A stretch of 63,909 bases of DNA, counting the filler, from Lenisia limosa (lineage: Eukaryota > Protista > Breviatea): the NCBI GenBank assembly GCA_001655205.1. It is 9 parts of 9 records of this genome, joined end to end, with 100 filler letters (N's around TTAATTAATTAA, not from the genome) between each part and the next. Parts side by side here need not be neighbours in the genome. Positions count along the whole stretch, not along the records: positions 25,981 to 37,467 come from LPNZ01009545.1; positions 37,568 to 40,648 come from LPNZ01009899.1; 7 more parts are not named here. One strand, 5' to 3'. The notes beneath the pieces are model-generated. The model saw only the letters and a program-made list of their open reading frames with translations. It made no database searches and was not told the DNA's origin. The position numbers and the translations under genes were made by a program. Of the stretch, positions 26,268-37,829 are shown in pieces. Position 1 is the stretch's first letter, and each line of letters starts with the position of its first letter.

Positions 26268-28637
26268 GATCTACAATGAGCACGGGGACAACGTCGGAAA
26301 GAAGAGGAACGTTGCGATGCTCATATTCCTTTCAGGTTGGGGGGGGGGGTAAACGAAGGAAATTTCGNNNNNNNNNNNNNNNNNNNNNNNNNNNNNNNNN
26401 NNNNNNNNNNNNNNNNNNNNNNNNNNNNNNNNNNNNNNNNNNNNNNNNNNNNNACGTTACTAACCACGAACTATAATTTGAAACTCCACACCAAAAAATA
26501 GGCAATTGCAAACACGGGGAGAGGGGGGGAGGCCCATTTTCCTTAGTAGGGGTATTATCTCAGGTACAAATCCTATTTTATATTATATACAATGTATATC
26601 ATATGTAGAAGTATTCAAGGGCAGAAAGTGCAGGGACAAGTCTTGACCAATTTTGCTTGGGAAATCATATTGCAAATCGGTGAAGACGTATCCCGGTCAC
26701 TGTATGTTATATATTTTCTAGTAGTAATATATTGTTTTTTTTTGACAAAATTGAAGCGAATGAGACTTGATTTGGAGTTTGCATTTCAATAATGGTCTCT
26801 CTTCAAAATACCAAATTAAATTTTGAATTGACCTCACGTCCTGGGTTTTTGTTTACGTCAAAGCTGTAAAGGAAGAAGGGGTATCATGACTCAGCTGATA
26901 TATAAATACTTTGGTCTTATTTTTTTCATTTATTATTTGCCCTCCCAAATACACTATATACATGTTTATTGTTTTTACAAATAATTGTTTTTACTGCCTT
27001 AGCGATGAGAAGGATTCCACACTATGGCTCGTCGTTTTTCACCATGGAGTGGGGGGGGGGTGAGCATTCCAATTATTTCCTGTTATTTTTTATGATAACA
27101 CAAGTTGAGAAAAAAAAGGGATATTTAAACCCTAAATATCACATACAAAACATTCAAAACTTTTCTCCTTTGCACTGACCCAATGAAGGAGGGAAGTCGC
27201 CGTCAAAAAACGGTTCAAGACCAAAAGCGAGAAGCGACTGGTTTCTGTGGCCGTCAGCTCTTCGGGCTTTGCCTGGCTACAAGTCGGCNNNNNNNNNNNN
27301 NNNNNNNNNNNNNNNNNNNNNNNNNNNNNNATTTCTCGTTGTTTGTTAATTGTTTGGTCGCTTGTTACTCTGATATAAGATTCGGTTTTGCTAGGGCTTC
27401 CCTACGGTCCGAAAAGACCTTAAAACATCGATATTTATCGAGGATTTATCGAGACATTCAGTATTTTTTTTAGGATTGTAGGGAAGCCCTAGGTCCGGTC
27501 CGAAAAAAGACTCAATGTCTCGATAAATCTTCGAAAATTAACGATATTTTACCGAGTTTTTTCGAACCGAAGTGAAGCCCTAGCTGTGAGTAAAAAGGCA
27601 GTTTTTTTGAAGTACAAAACTGGTTCCAATCCTCCCCTCTTCCTGATGATTACCAGCTTTTTTTTTGTTTCTTTTCCAATTTTGATCGGATGCGGTGCTG
27701 CAGAGGCGATTGGCCTGGGCTTTTGTTTGTTTGCTGTTATCAACCCTCGTGTGTTGTGAGCCAGCAGAGTTGATTTGGGCTTTTTATTTGTTTTCATAAA
27801 TTTTCCAATTTTAGCGTACGCTGGAGTGGAAGCGACTGGTCTGGGCTTGTTTGTTTTGTTGTTATTANNNNNNNNNNNNNNNNNNNNNNNNNNNNNNNNN
27901 NNNNNNNNNNNNNNNNNNNNNNNNNNNNNNNNNNNNNNNNNNNNNNNNNNNNNNNNNNNNNNNNNNNNNNNNNNNNNCGATCGGCAACCTTTCTCTTGGA
28001 ACTGACAAGCTTTCTTTCTCCATAGGCGACCAGGAGGAGGTCTTCTTCGGCAAAGTGGTATGAGAGGGGTCTTCTTCGGCAAAGTGGTATGAGAGGGGGG
28101 GGGTCTTTGATTCGGGTCTTTGCCCAAAATTCTTCATCGAAATTTCCTTCGTTTCACTCCCCAGACCCCCCTCATCGACCGAGTAGTCCGCGAGTTGATG
28201 CACGAAATTTCGGCGTCGCTCGCTTCCATCCAGTCCGACATTCAGAAGGAGCTCGAACAGATGGCTCAGCCCGAAATCGACCTTTCGTGCGAAATTGACG
28301 TGGGGGGGGGGGTGAATGATGATGATTTGATGTGAGTGCACTACGGCCATCNNNNNNNNNNNNNNNNNNNNNNNNNNNNNNNNNNNNNNNNNNNNNNNNN
28401 NNNNNNNNNNNNNNNNNNNNNNNNNNNNNNNNNNNNNNNNNNNNNNNNNNNNNNNNNNNNNNNNNNNNNNGATTCCCTAATATTATATCATATTTCCATT
28501 AAATTCAAATTCCATGCGATTCCCATGTAAAATAAGGGAATTCCAACGTTTTCACAAGAACGTGTGGGGTGGAGTACCATTTTTTAATCTTACTGTCTCA
28601 GATGGACGCTCTCAATGACCCCATGCAAGGAATGGAG
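26268..28637 (+). CDS. Unknown multi-exon protein (beta-rich part followed by a coiled-coil); may extend to 30333
   Basis: Exons IYNEHGDNVGKKRNVAMLIFLS, DEKDSTLWLVVFHHG, EVAVKKRFKTKSEKRLVSVAVSSSGFAWLQ, IGNLSLGTDKLSFSIGDQEEVFFGKV, TPLIDRVVRELMHEISASL...QPEIDL and MDALNDPMQGME. Confidence 0.6.
28120..28164 (+). repeat. Intronic cassette G, sharing its 3' end with D; representative copy
   Basis: GGAGTTTCAGATTATTCGGTTCGTGATTAGTACCTTTACGCCAATATTCTTCATCGAAATTTCCTTCGTTTTACTCCCCCAG. Plus copies near 24090, 30005, 40560 and 58365. Minus copies near 21425, 26340, 29150 and 52690. Confidence 0.8.
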
Positions 28638-28993
28638 GTGAGAATATTGGTCCAACCCCCCCCCCCCAANNNNNNNNNNNNNNNNNNNNNNNNNNNNNNN
28701 NNNNNNNNNNNNNNNNNNNNNNNNNNNNNNNNNNNNNNNNNNNNNNNNNNNNNNNNNNNNNNNNNNNNNNNNNNNNNNNNNNNNNNNNNNNNNNNNNNNN
28801 NNNNNNNNNNNNNNNNNNNNNNNNNNNNNNNNNNNNNNNNNNNNNNNNNNNNNNNNNNNNNNNNNNNNNNNNNNNNNNNNNNNNNNNNNNNNNNNNNNNN
28901 NNNNNNNNNGTAAAAAGCCTCTGTTGCCGCTTCTACACCAACGCATATCATATGTACACATTTCACATTCATACATCAAAACAAATAGAACAT

Positions 28994-31900
28994 CTAGGCC
29001 AAGAAATCCAGGACCTTCCCCGCAGCACCATGGATAATCGCAAAGGGGCTCTTCAGAGTCGTGCCAGCAGCCCTGGGGAGGGGGGTGAGTAAAATCGGAA
29101 AATTTTGAAACAAATAACCCAATAAACTCTGTAACACGAAGGAATTTAGATTGGCGTTAAGGTACACCACGAACCGAATAATCTGAAACTCCGAACAACC
29201 AATAAAACGACAAAACTCAGATGACAAAAACACAAAAAACAAAAGCANNNNNNNNNNNNNNNNNNNNNNNNNNNNNNNNNNNNNNNNNNNNNNNNNNNNN
29301 NNNNNNNNNNNNNNNNNNNNNNNNNNNNNNNNNNNNNNNNNNNNNNNNNNNNNNNNNNNNNNNNNNNNGGGGATGGGAAAAAACAAGGAGAATAATAGAA
29401 CAGCTTGATGATAAATGGGGGTAAAAATGGAAAATTTTATGAAAACAACCCCCTTCCTCCCCAAATCAACTCATCATGAGTTGAGAAAAACAAAACATAA
29501 CGAGAACCAGTTTCACCCCCCCCCCTCTCAAGCCTACTCAGGCATCACATAGCTGAAGGAATGCATCAAGGCAATGTAGAGCATAATAGCGATCTAAATA
29601 TTCAGAGTTGCGATGATCTGTAAGACGCGAAGTTATTAGTTTTACAGAGTTTGTAGAGATGAAAAAATATAATGAGAAAAAAAAAACAAGGTATCTGGCC
29701 GAAGCCGTCCACCATCACTCTTATAACCCATTTCCACTAGTGATATGATCATATGACCGACTCTCAAGTCGAAATGATGAACTACGATAACACGTGGGTT
29801 CATCCCGAGTTTATCAGAGTATCATTGAGACTTGTTGGTCAATTATCATACGAGTGGATATGAGGTATCATATCGCTGAATGCAAAATGATTGTTCACAC
29901 TGGTGAAAATGATCCAAATCCTTTTACGATTTCAAATATGTCATGAACAGTTACTTTTGACTTCTTTTTTTTTCAAAAAAAATTCAGTCTTTACAGTACC
30001 TTTGCATCAATATTCTTCATCGAACTTTCCTTCGTTTTACTCCCCCTTCCCCCAGGCAAACCCACTTGCCTTATCCGAGCACTATCGAGCCACTCTCACC
30101 AAGGGTCTTTCANNNNNNNNNNATACAGTTCGCACGTGTGAAAATGATCCAAAAAGTGATATAATAAATAAAAAACAGGCAGAAAGTATACCATATCATA
30201 TGATATACAGTACATTAAGTAAGATACATCATTTTTAGGATTTCCCCAGTTTGATAAAAAGAACAAAATTCTCGAAGCCTTGAAAGATTGATTGTTTGTT
30301 ATCTTTTCAGGGGAGCACCCCTGCTATAAGTGACCGGGATAAGTCTTGACCGATTTGCTTGGTGATTTCCAAAGGAAACTAGGTCAAGACTTATGTATAT
30401 CATATACTACATATAACGACGCCCTTGACTCTCCACAACAGACCTTCAAGGCGGACATTTCATCAGAAACGTCAATGTAGGGCATGAGGGGTGCCATCAT
30501 GTTCACAAGGTAGTTGGGGAACCTGGTGCCAATCGCGACTCTGTGAACAGTGAACGGGATCAAAATAGGGGAGGGGGGGATGAAAATCAAAAGACACCCA
30601 CTAAAGAGGAATAAACCAACTGCAAAAGAGAAGACACTATAGATCAAGAACAAATTACTGGGAAATGATCCAATATCCNNNNNNNNNNNNNNNNNNNNNN
30701 NNNNNNNNNNNNNNNNNNNNNNNNNNNNNNNNNNNNNNNNNNNNNNNNNNNNNNNNNNNNNNNNNNNNNNNNNNNNNNNNNNNNNNNNNNNNNNNNNNNN
30801 NNNNNNNNNNNNNNNNNNNNNNNNNNNNNNNNNNNNNNNNNNTAAGGTTTCACTTCGGTTCGAAAAGACTGGTAAAATATCGGTAGTTTTCGAAGATTTA
30901 TCGAGAAATTCAGTCTGTTTTCGAACCAAAGTGAAGCCCTATGTATTATGCGTGTAAACTTAGAATGAGGGAATTCATTGTTGTTGTGATACTATGATAT
31001 CAAGTTGAAATTAGGGGAAAGAAAGGGGTTTCATTGACGTTCATTCACCTCGATCTTTCTCTTCCTCACAACTCAATATGATGACAAACAGTCGAAAACA
31101 AGGACAAAGGAAAAAAGTCGAAAACAATCGAAAACAAAGATANNNNNNNNNNNNNNNNNNNNNNNNNNNNNNNNNNNNNNNNNNNNNNNNNNNNNNNNNN
31201 NNNNNNNNNNNNNNNNNNNNNNNNNNNNNNNNNNNNNNNNNNACTGAATTTCTCGATAAATCCTCAAAAACCATCGATATTTTAAAGGTCTTTTTCGAAG
31301 CCCTAAGATTGCTCCACCAACAAGAAGGCGGGGTAGAAGCAGGACGCCAGAACATGGGAGGGCTGAGCTAAGCTACCGCTGAAGTCAAGACCACGGCTTT
31401 TGCGCTCTAAATAATCAAATTTCCGTGTTCTACCCCCATGTTTTAGATATTCTCAAAATACTTCAAATTCCTATGTATAATACCCCAACACATATCAACA
31501 TTCCAAATTCCCCACGAGACCCTAAGTAGTGTCACCTTCCAATGATATGCAGAACTATGTAGATGTAGTGTAATATTATTCACCAAGCCAAATAAATTGA
31601 GCCCCCCCTCCCCACCCCACCAAGACTGACAAAAAGGAAGCTGCTGGCTCCGGCAACGGTTCCGATAATGATCTAAGAAAATTAGAGGAAAGTGAGTGTT
31701 GAAGAATATCGAGACAGATTCTCAGAGTACCAGAAGAACAAAAGACCAAGAAAAAGTACAATATTTTAAAAATCACCTTGTAAAGAACGAAAATATCTTC
31801 GACATGATCTCAACATCCCCTCACCATGGCAGTTAGACTGTTCGGGTAGGTAACTTGTGCAGCCGCAACACCTGTACACTCAATAAAGGAGCAGGGTTCG

Positions 31901-33264
31901 TTTTATCAGTTAATATGACACTCCATTTTTTAAATTTTAATTCTCAAGATTAAATGGGAAATTTAAAAAGTTGTAATGTATTGCGAAACTATTCACATCA
32001 ACAACTCTTTGATGTGTATAAATACACTGTACAGTGAGTTAGCTAAGTGNNNNNNNNNNNNNNNNNNNNNNNNNNNNNNNNNNNNNNNNNNNNNNNNNNN
32101 NNNNNNNNNNNNNNNNNNNNNNNNNNNNNNNNNNNNNNNNNNNNNNNNNNNNNNNNNNTTTTACTATTAGCTACATATATTATAGCAATTGAGAAAAAAA
32201 AATAAGGATGTATCTGGCCGAAGCCGTTCACACCATCACGTTTATTAGAGAAATTGGATAATATAGTATCATAAACTTACTCGATTTGCAAAGTCGTTTC
32301 GTAACCATAGGGTAATATATGTATGGCACGTCGGTGCTTTCAAAAACTTAGATTTGCTATAATTAGAGGCTTATATTTCCCCACATACCGAGGAACACAA
32401 GACGGGTTCTTCTCATGGTAGCAACAAGCTCAACCAAAAAACGGATCTGGAGGGGCAAAGTGAGAAAAAAAAAAAAAAAAAAAANNNNNNNNNNNNNNNN
32501 NNNNNNNNNNNNNNNNNNNNNNNNNNNNNNNNNNNNNNNNNNNNNNNNNNNNNNNNNNNNNNNNNNNNNNNNNNNNNNNNNNNNNNNNNNNNNNNATAGG
32601 CATAACCTTCAAATATGTCTTAAACCTAATACACCCCTCCAAACAGGTTTAATTGACATCAAGTAGACAACCATCTTCTTGGTGTAGAAGACTGCAAACC
32701 AGCATCCAAGACAAATGGGAATCTAGGGATGGTTATGCTATAATAATGAAAATACAAACTTGGAAAAGTACAATCAAGAATGTATTTATTTTTGCACTTA
32801 CCTTTGCGCTTTTTTTTTTATTTATTTTTTTATGAAAATAGAAATGTTTTGGATGGTATGCTGAACATGGAAAGAGGAAAAAGGAAAGTATAATTGAGAC
32901 AGAAATATTAAGGGAATCTGATTTTACTCAGTTCTTGATTATTTTGCTTATTTTAACTTCTATAAATTCAACTTTCGGCCTTATTGACAGTAAAAATCCC
33001 GATGTGCTGAAACAACTGTGGGCAAGGCGAAAAGCCGAAATAACGTCATACCGTAAGATCATTAGCGAGGCACCCAAAAGGTCGGTTAAGAACAAAATCG
33101 GTTGTAATACCAGCCCCAAGAGTTGCTAAGCAGCAGAGAACCGCTGTGGAGAAGGGGGAGGACGGGGAAGGGTGGTAAGCCTTGAAGGAAACATTGATAG
33201 CATGGCAAGCCAAAGCGACTGGGGCCAACGGGAAGGTCAAAAGATAGTCTAACTCAATTGACAT
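28994..33264 (-). CDS. TMEM38: Trimeric intracellular cation channel (TRIC/TMEM38 family)
   Basis: MSIELDYLLTFPLAPVALACH...YHPSPSSPFSTAVLCCLATLGAGITTDFVLNRPF; IPICLGCWFAVFY; IRFLVELVATMRRTRLVFL|GVAAAQVTYPNSLTAM|IIIGTVAGASSFLF; QPSHVLASC; IAIMLYIALMHSFSYVMPE|AAGTTLKSPF...FLA*. This follows eukaryotic TRIC motif order (R..K/V..GV..A...YPNS....GT.KG). Confidence 0.8.
29745..29915. repeat. Dispersed repeat F (about 170 bp); inverted copy at 44005-44165
   Basis: GATCATATGACCGACT...GAGTATCATTGAGACTT...ATCATACGAGTGGATATGAGGTATCATAT is the reverse complement of 44005-44165, which ends in the palindrome TTTTCACACGTGTGAAA. A related end lies near 30125. Confidence 0.8.
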
Positions 33265-34374
33265 ACTACAAGACTAAAAGAAGAAGACCGAGAAGCAGAT
33301 AAAGTGCTTAAGGAGACAAGTCAAACGACGACGCGCTACGCGAATCGAAGAGCGCAATCCTTAGAATTCCCTGTCCAATTGGACGAAGGGCCCGGCTCGG
33401 GGAAGCCTTAGAAGAGAAAGCAGCAGAGAAGAAGAAGAATCGCAAGAAGAGCAAACGTCGCAACGGAGACTTTGAACCTTCATTGCTCACCTCACTATCC
33501 CCCTAGCCTCAACCCCTCAACCTCAAGGTCTTTTTGGCTTTTTGGTAAGTGTAACAACTCTCTTGTAACTTATATACTTATATATATACGTGAATAGTTC
33601 CTTGAATAGTTCTGAGTNNNNNNNNNNNNNNNNNNNNNNNNNNNNNNNNNNNNNNNNNNNNNNNNNNNNNNNNNNNNNNNNNNNNNNNNAGACAGAGAGT
33701 TTAGTAGTATACTTGATAGACACGTATACTGGAGGCCTGATAGTGATATTGAGGTTTTGTAAGTTGATGATTTTGAGGGGCTCAGATGTATGGTTGTTTC
33801 GTCGTCATAATTGTATCAATCATGTATCAGTCATACTGTAAATGATATTTTACTTTTTGCCGTATTTAAATGATTAATCTTATTTATCATACAATCCTAC
33901 TATTAAATATTTCATCACCAGGAGTCATTTCAACAAAGGGGCAAAAAGTATCCCCAAATAGGGGTCCATTCTTCACCCCCCCCCCTCCTTGAACTGAACT
34001 ACCCTAGGTTCTAGCTCTTAAGACACCCTCTGAAATCTGGATAACGTGACGACACCGACTATTGTAAGCAGGAACTGAACTTGTTGGAGTGTATTATGTA
34101 GAGCTTCACTTTCAGTTCCCAATCACCTGTAAAATATCGATATTTATCGAGGTTTTATGAGGAATTTCAGTCTTTTTTGGAACCGAAAGTGAAGCTCTAT
34201 GTGATCTTTTCTTGTTGGATGTGTTGTTTTTTTTTTTGTTCTTTCAACTAAGGTATTATGGCCTTATCATGTCTTCAAATCTCATACAATAAACTTACGT
34301 ATAATATTATATCGATCGATATACATTGCTGTTCGGTTTTTTAGTTTAGTTTCTCTTTCGCCTAATTATTCTAG

Positions 34375-35520
34375 TGCAAAGCTACAGTTGCCAGTACAAA
34401 TCGACCTTGTAAATACCCTGCAAAAGACAATGGCTACTGTGGAAAGCATTATGGGTATTCTGAATATGCCATCTTTTTATTTATAACCCTAGTGCCCCAA
34501 GTCTATGGTATAAATATGGCATTTTATAAATAATATGAGATTTGTCAGATACGGTAAGTTACATAAATGATGGTAAACAGTTTTCCCTTTTAACTTGTCG
34601 CAAAATAGGTCTTTTCTGAGTGTAATCAAACGTAGAGATGAGTTATTATGGAGCCGAAGTGACATCACCGTTTAGAAACTTCATGGAGTTTACGGAGAAA
34701 ACCCATTTCGCTTCTCCCCTTTCCAATAGAGAAGATGTGGGTGGTTTCCAACAATTACATATGATATGTAAAATAGTTTTATTTTGGTCTACTATACTGG
34801 GTTAACACATCTGATATGATATATTATGTATTTGTATTTTTGAATAGGTATATGATATGTGTACTTTGAAAGCTTTGGAGAAAAAAAAGACTATGTTTTG
34901 TCCGAAAAGCTCAAAAGTCATCCAATAATGTCACCACTTCCTATAATCTCCCCTCCCCGACGTGTAAATCATCAAGTGATAATTGATAGCATAGCTGTTG
35001 TTCTATTCCGGTATATAAACACTTTAGTTTGCTTTAAAAACTCTTGTAAGCGGCGTCAGACCTTCATATTTATGGGACTCTTTCAGGAGTCTTGTCCTCC
35101 TCAATTGTATATTTAAAAGAAGGTTGATGAAGTAGATGGCATGGGCGGTCAAATTCGTTTTTCAAGGCTCAACCGCTTCCTCTTCAATAATAATTCAAAT
35201 TATAAAAAACTCGTAGCTAAAGTAAGTTAGTGATGGGGAATGATAGAATCTCTTTAATTTTATGTATCTTACATACTATGATATATGATATAATATATAA
35301 TTTCTTGATTTCTTTTTAGAAAGATTCCGAATTCAAAGTCGATAAAACTATGTAAAAGTATCTTTCGTTGGCAACTCTGCAAGATAAAGCTTTCGAAATC
35401 ATTGACAATGCGGAAGAAGCCAGAACAAAAGACAACAAAGAAGCAGCAGAAAAACATATTGAGGAAGTCCGTTCCCTGTTCGCTGTCATGGCGAATGGAC
35501 TATCGCAAGACGCAGACAAG
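34375..35520 (+). CDS. Unknown protein with a C-x10-C-x9-C-x2-H zinc-binding motif (DUF5763-like) and a helical region; partial
   Basis: Exon CKATVASTNRPCKYPAKDNGYCGKHY, then a 5-nt microexon, then EMSYYGAEVTSPFRNF...; later TLQDKAFEIIDNAEEARTKDNKEAAEKHIEEVRSLF. Both ends are unresolved. Confidence 0.55.
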
Positions 35521-36712
35521 GTTTTTAGGTTTTCTATATCATAATGTGTCATAGTATTGACATATAATCATGCGTTGTAGTGTTATATTACATATGATAT
35601 TATGTGGGTCAATTTTCCACATGTGAACTATCGTTTTCCACACAGTGATATGGAGCATCAGTATGATATATTGGATAACCACCTTCCTTATTTGAAGTAA
35701 TATATTTATTTAGGAATTAAGGAGTTATCAGCTGGATAACAATAGAAAATATGTTAGTTTTTCAAAACACAGAAGAAAAACACTAAAACTGCTAAAATGA
35801 TCAGAATTTTGAACAGCAAATGATTATATTAGCATAATTATATTGATAATGTATGCATGTGCACTATTTGCCGAGGACGGAAAGGTTTTAATCATTTTGC
35901 TCATGGTCCCTTTTCGCGACTTTCTTCAGACAGATGTCCTCTTTAAAGAGATCTTTGTGAGTTTTGATTCCATGATTATTCCTCTCTTCAGATATTTCTT
36001 TTATTGTAATTTTTCGTAATTCGAACAATTATGAAAGATCTATGTTATACCATATACACTTGGGACGCCTATCCCAAGTGAATATGGGGAGGGAGTGGGA
36101 AGAGTTTGATTGTGTTGCGGGTGTTCATCAGAGGGATGAACGAGGCTTTAGCCGTCTGCTTACCAACATTTTGTTCACATTAAGTGGCGGATCTCCAAAT
36201 TTTCAGCTTTTGTCTTTTTGTGCAGATNNNNNNNNNNNNNNNNNNNNNNNNNNNNNNNNNNNNNNNNNNNNNNNNNNNNNNNNNNNNNNNNNNNNNNNNN
36301 NNNNNNNNNNNNNNNNNNNNNNNNNNNNNNNNNNNNNNNNNNNNNNNNNNNNNNNNNNNNNNNNNNNNNNNNNNNNNNNNNNAAGGGCACACACATGATT
36401 GATAAATCTTAAATAATACCATATTTTCAAATGTTCGATATTCGTTTTAACCGGTTAGGCTAATGCACCCCCTCCCTCCTCCTCTTAGACTGTTTATTTG
36501 TTTTGTATGCATTATTTGGTGAAAATCACAAGGGGAGACATTTTCAACCTCAACATGATCATCTAGATATTATATATCATTGTCTACTATATGCATCATA
36601 TAAAACCTGGTATTATAGTAAACTATGATATCTATTTCATATGATGATCTAGAATCTATTGTACACAAAACAAGAAATCAGAAAAAAACAGGCCCAGCAA
36701 TTCAACAATGGT

Positions 36713-37328
36713 TTATTTCTTCTTTCCTCCTCTTTTGTTGCCTCCAGCCTTGCTTGTCTAGATAGTCAACTCAGAAAATGCAGATAAGAGTACTGCTGAT
36801 AAACAATTTTTGGTGAGTTAGCGGAATTAGAAGCAAGTAAAGCGAAAGGTATAAAATACTTCTTAGAAAAGAACGGCTATCTGTGAGTTAAAGATGACAA
36901 TAGTAACGAGTATTATATTCATGTAAGCTAGGGTGTGAAAAGCTTGACTGGCAACACAAAATAACAAAATAAAAAAATACCGAAAAATACAGGAAGACTG
37001 AGTATCACTCCCACCACAGGCTCCTTTTTGATGGGTTTCCTCTTAGGGTCCCTTGTAACTTCTTGGGTTGCAGGCTTCTGGTTTTGTGCCAACTGCTCTT
37101 CTTCCGCTCTTCTTGCCTCCGCGGCTGCAATCTACAAGGTTAGTGGGGACGGAGTGAGGACCAACAGACAACACACAAAACAAAAAAAATAATCAAAAAA
37201 AAATAATCAAAAAAAAAGAAAAAATATCTTACCTGCGTTTCTCGAGAAATTTTAAACGAATGTGCCTCAACGAGAACCTCACGATTACTGAGGGCCTTAA
37301 TGGAAGACGTGTTGGCCAATTCAGCTAC
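36713..37328 (-). CDS. 3' end of an unknown gene with a basic, low-complexity tail
   Basis: Exons VAELANTSSIKALSNREVLVEAHSFKISRETQ|IAAAEARRAEEEQLAQ...KRKPIKKEP...SKAGGNKRGGKKK*. Truncated at the linker. Confidence 0.6.
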
Positions 37329-37829
37329 CTGGAGGAAGGCGTGATGATAATATGAAAATATATGTACATTATGCATGATATGATCTCAATATAGGGGGGG
37401 GGGGTTGGAATTCATGGCGAGAAAAATGAAACAAAACTAACAGAAAGCAACTATTGGCAACTACCTTNNNNNNNNNNNNNNNNNNNNNNNNNNNNNNNNN
37501 NNNNNNNNNNNTTAATTAATTAANNNNNNNNNNNNNNNNNNNNNNNNNNNNNNNNNNNNNNNNNNNNGTAGTACGAGGGGGGACAAGGCAAGGTCGTAGT
37601 ACGAGGGTGGGTGGGGGGATAGCGTGTTTTTACTTCTCCTATTTGATGATGCTATATTGCAGAAATAATTGAGTATTTATCTGTAAAAACAATATGACAG
37701 GTAATTGATTATCACGTGAAACTTAAACATGAAAATGCTACTTCTACTTTTGCGAATACTCCTTTTCGTTTGGTACCCTCCTCCTACAGCAAGGAAAGCG
37801 TTTCCATATGTGTCTAACTTCACCCCCAG

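Noticed and set aside
33300-33510. Short basic ORFs upstream of TMEM38
   Set aside because: No supported start or splice model; probably promoter or UTR sequence of divergent genes.
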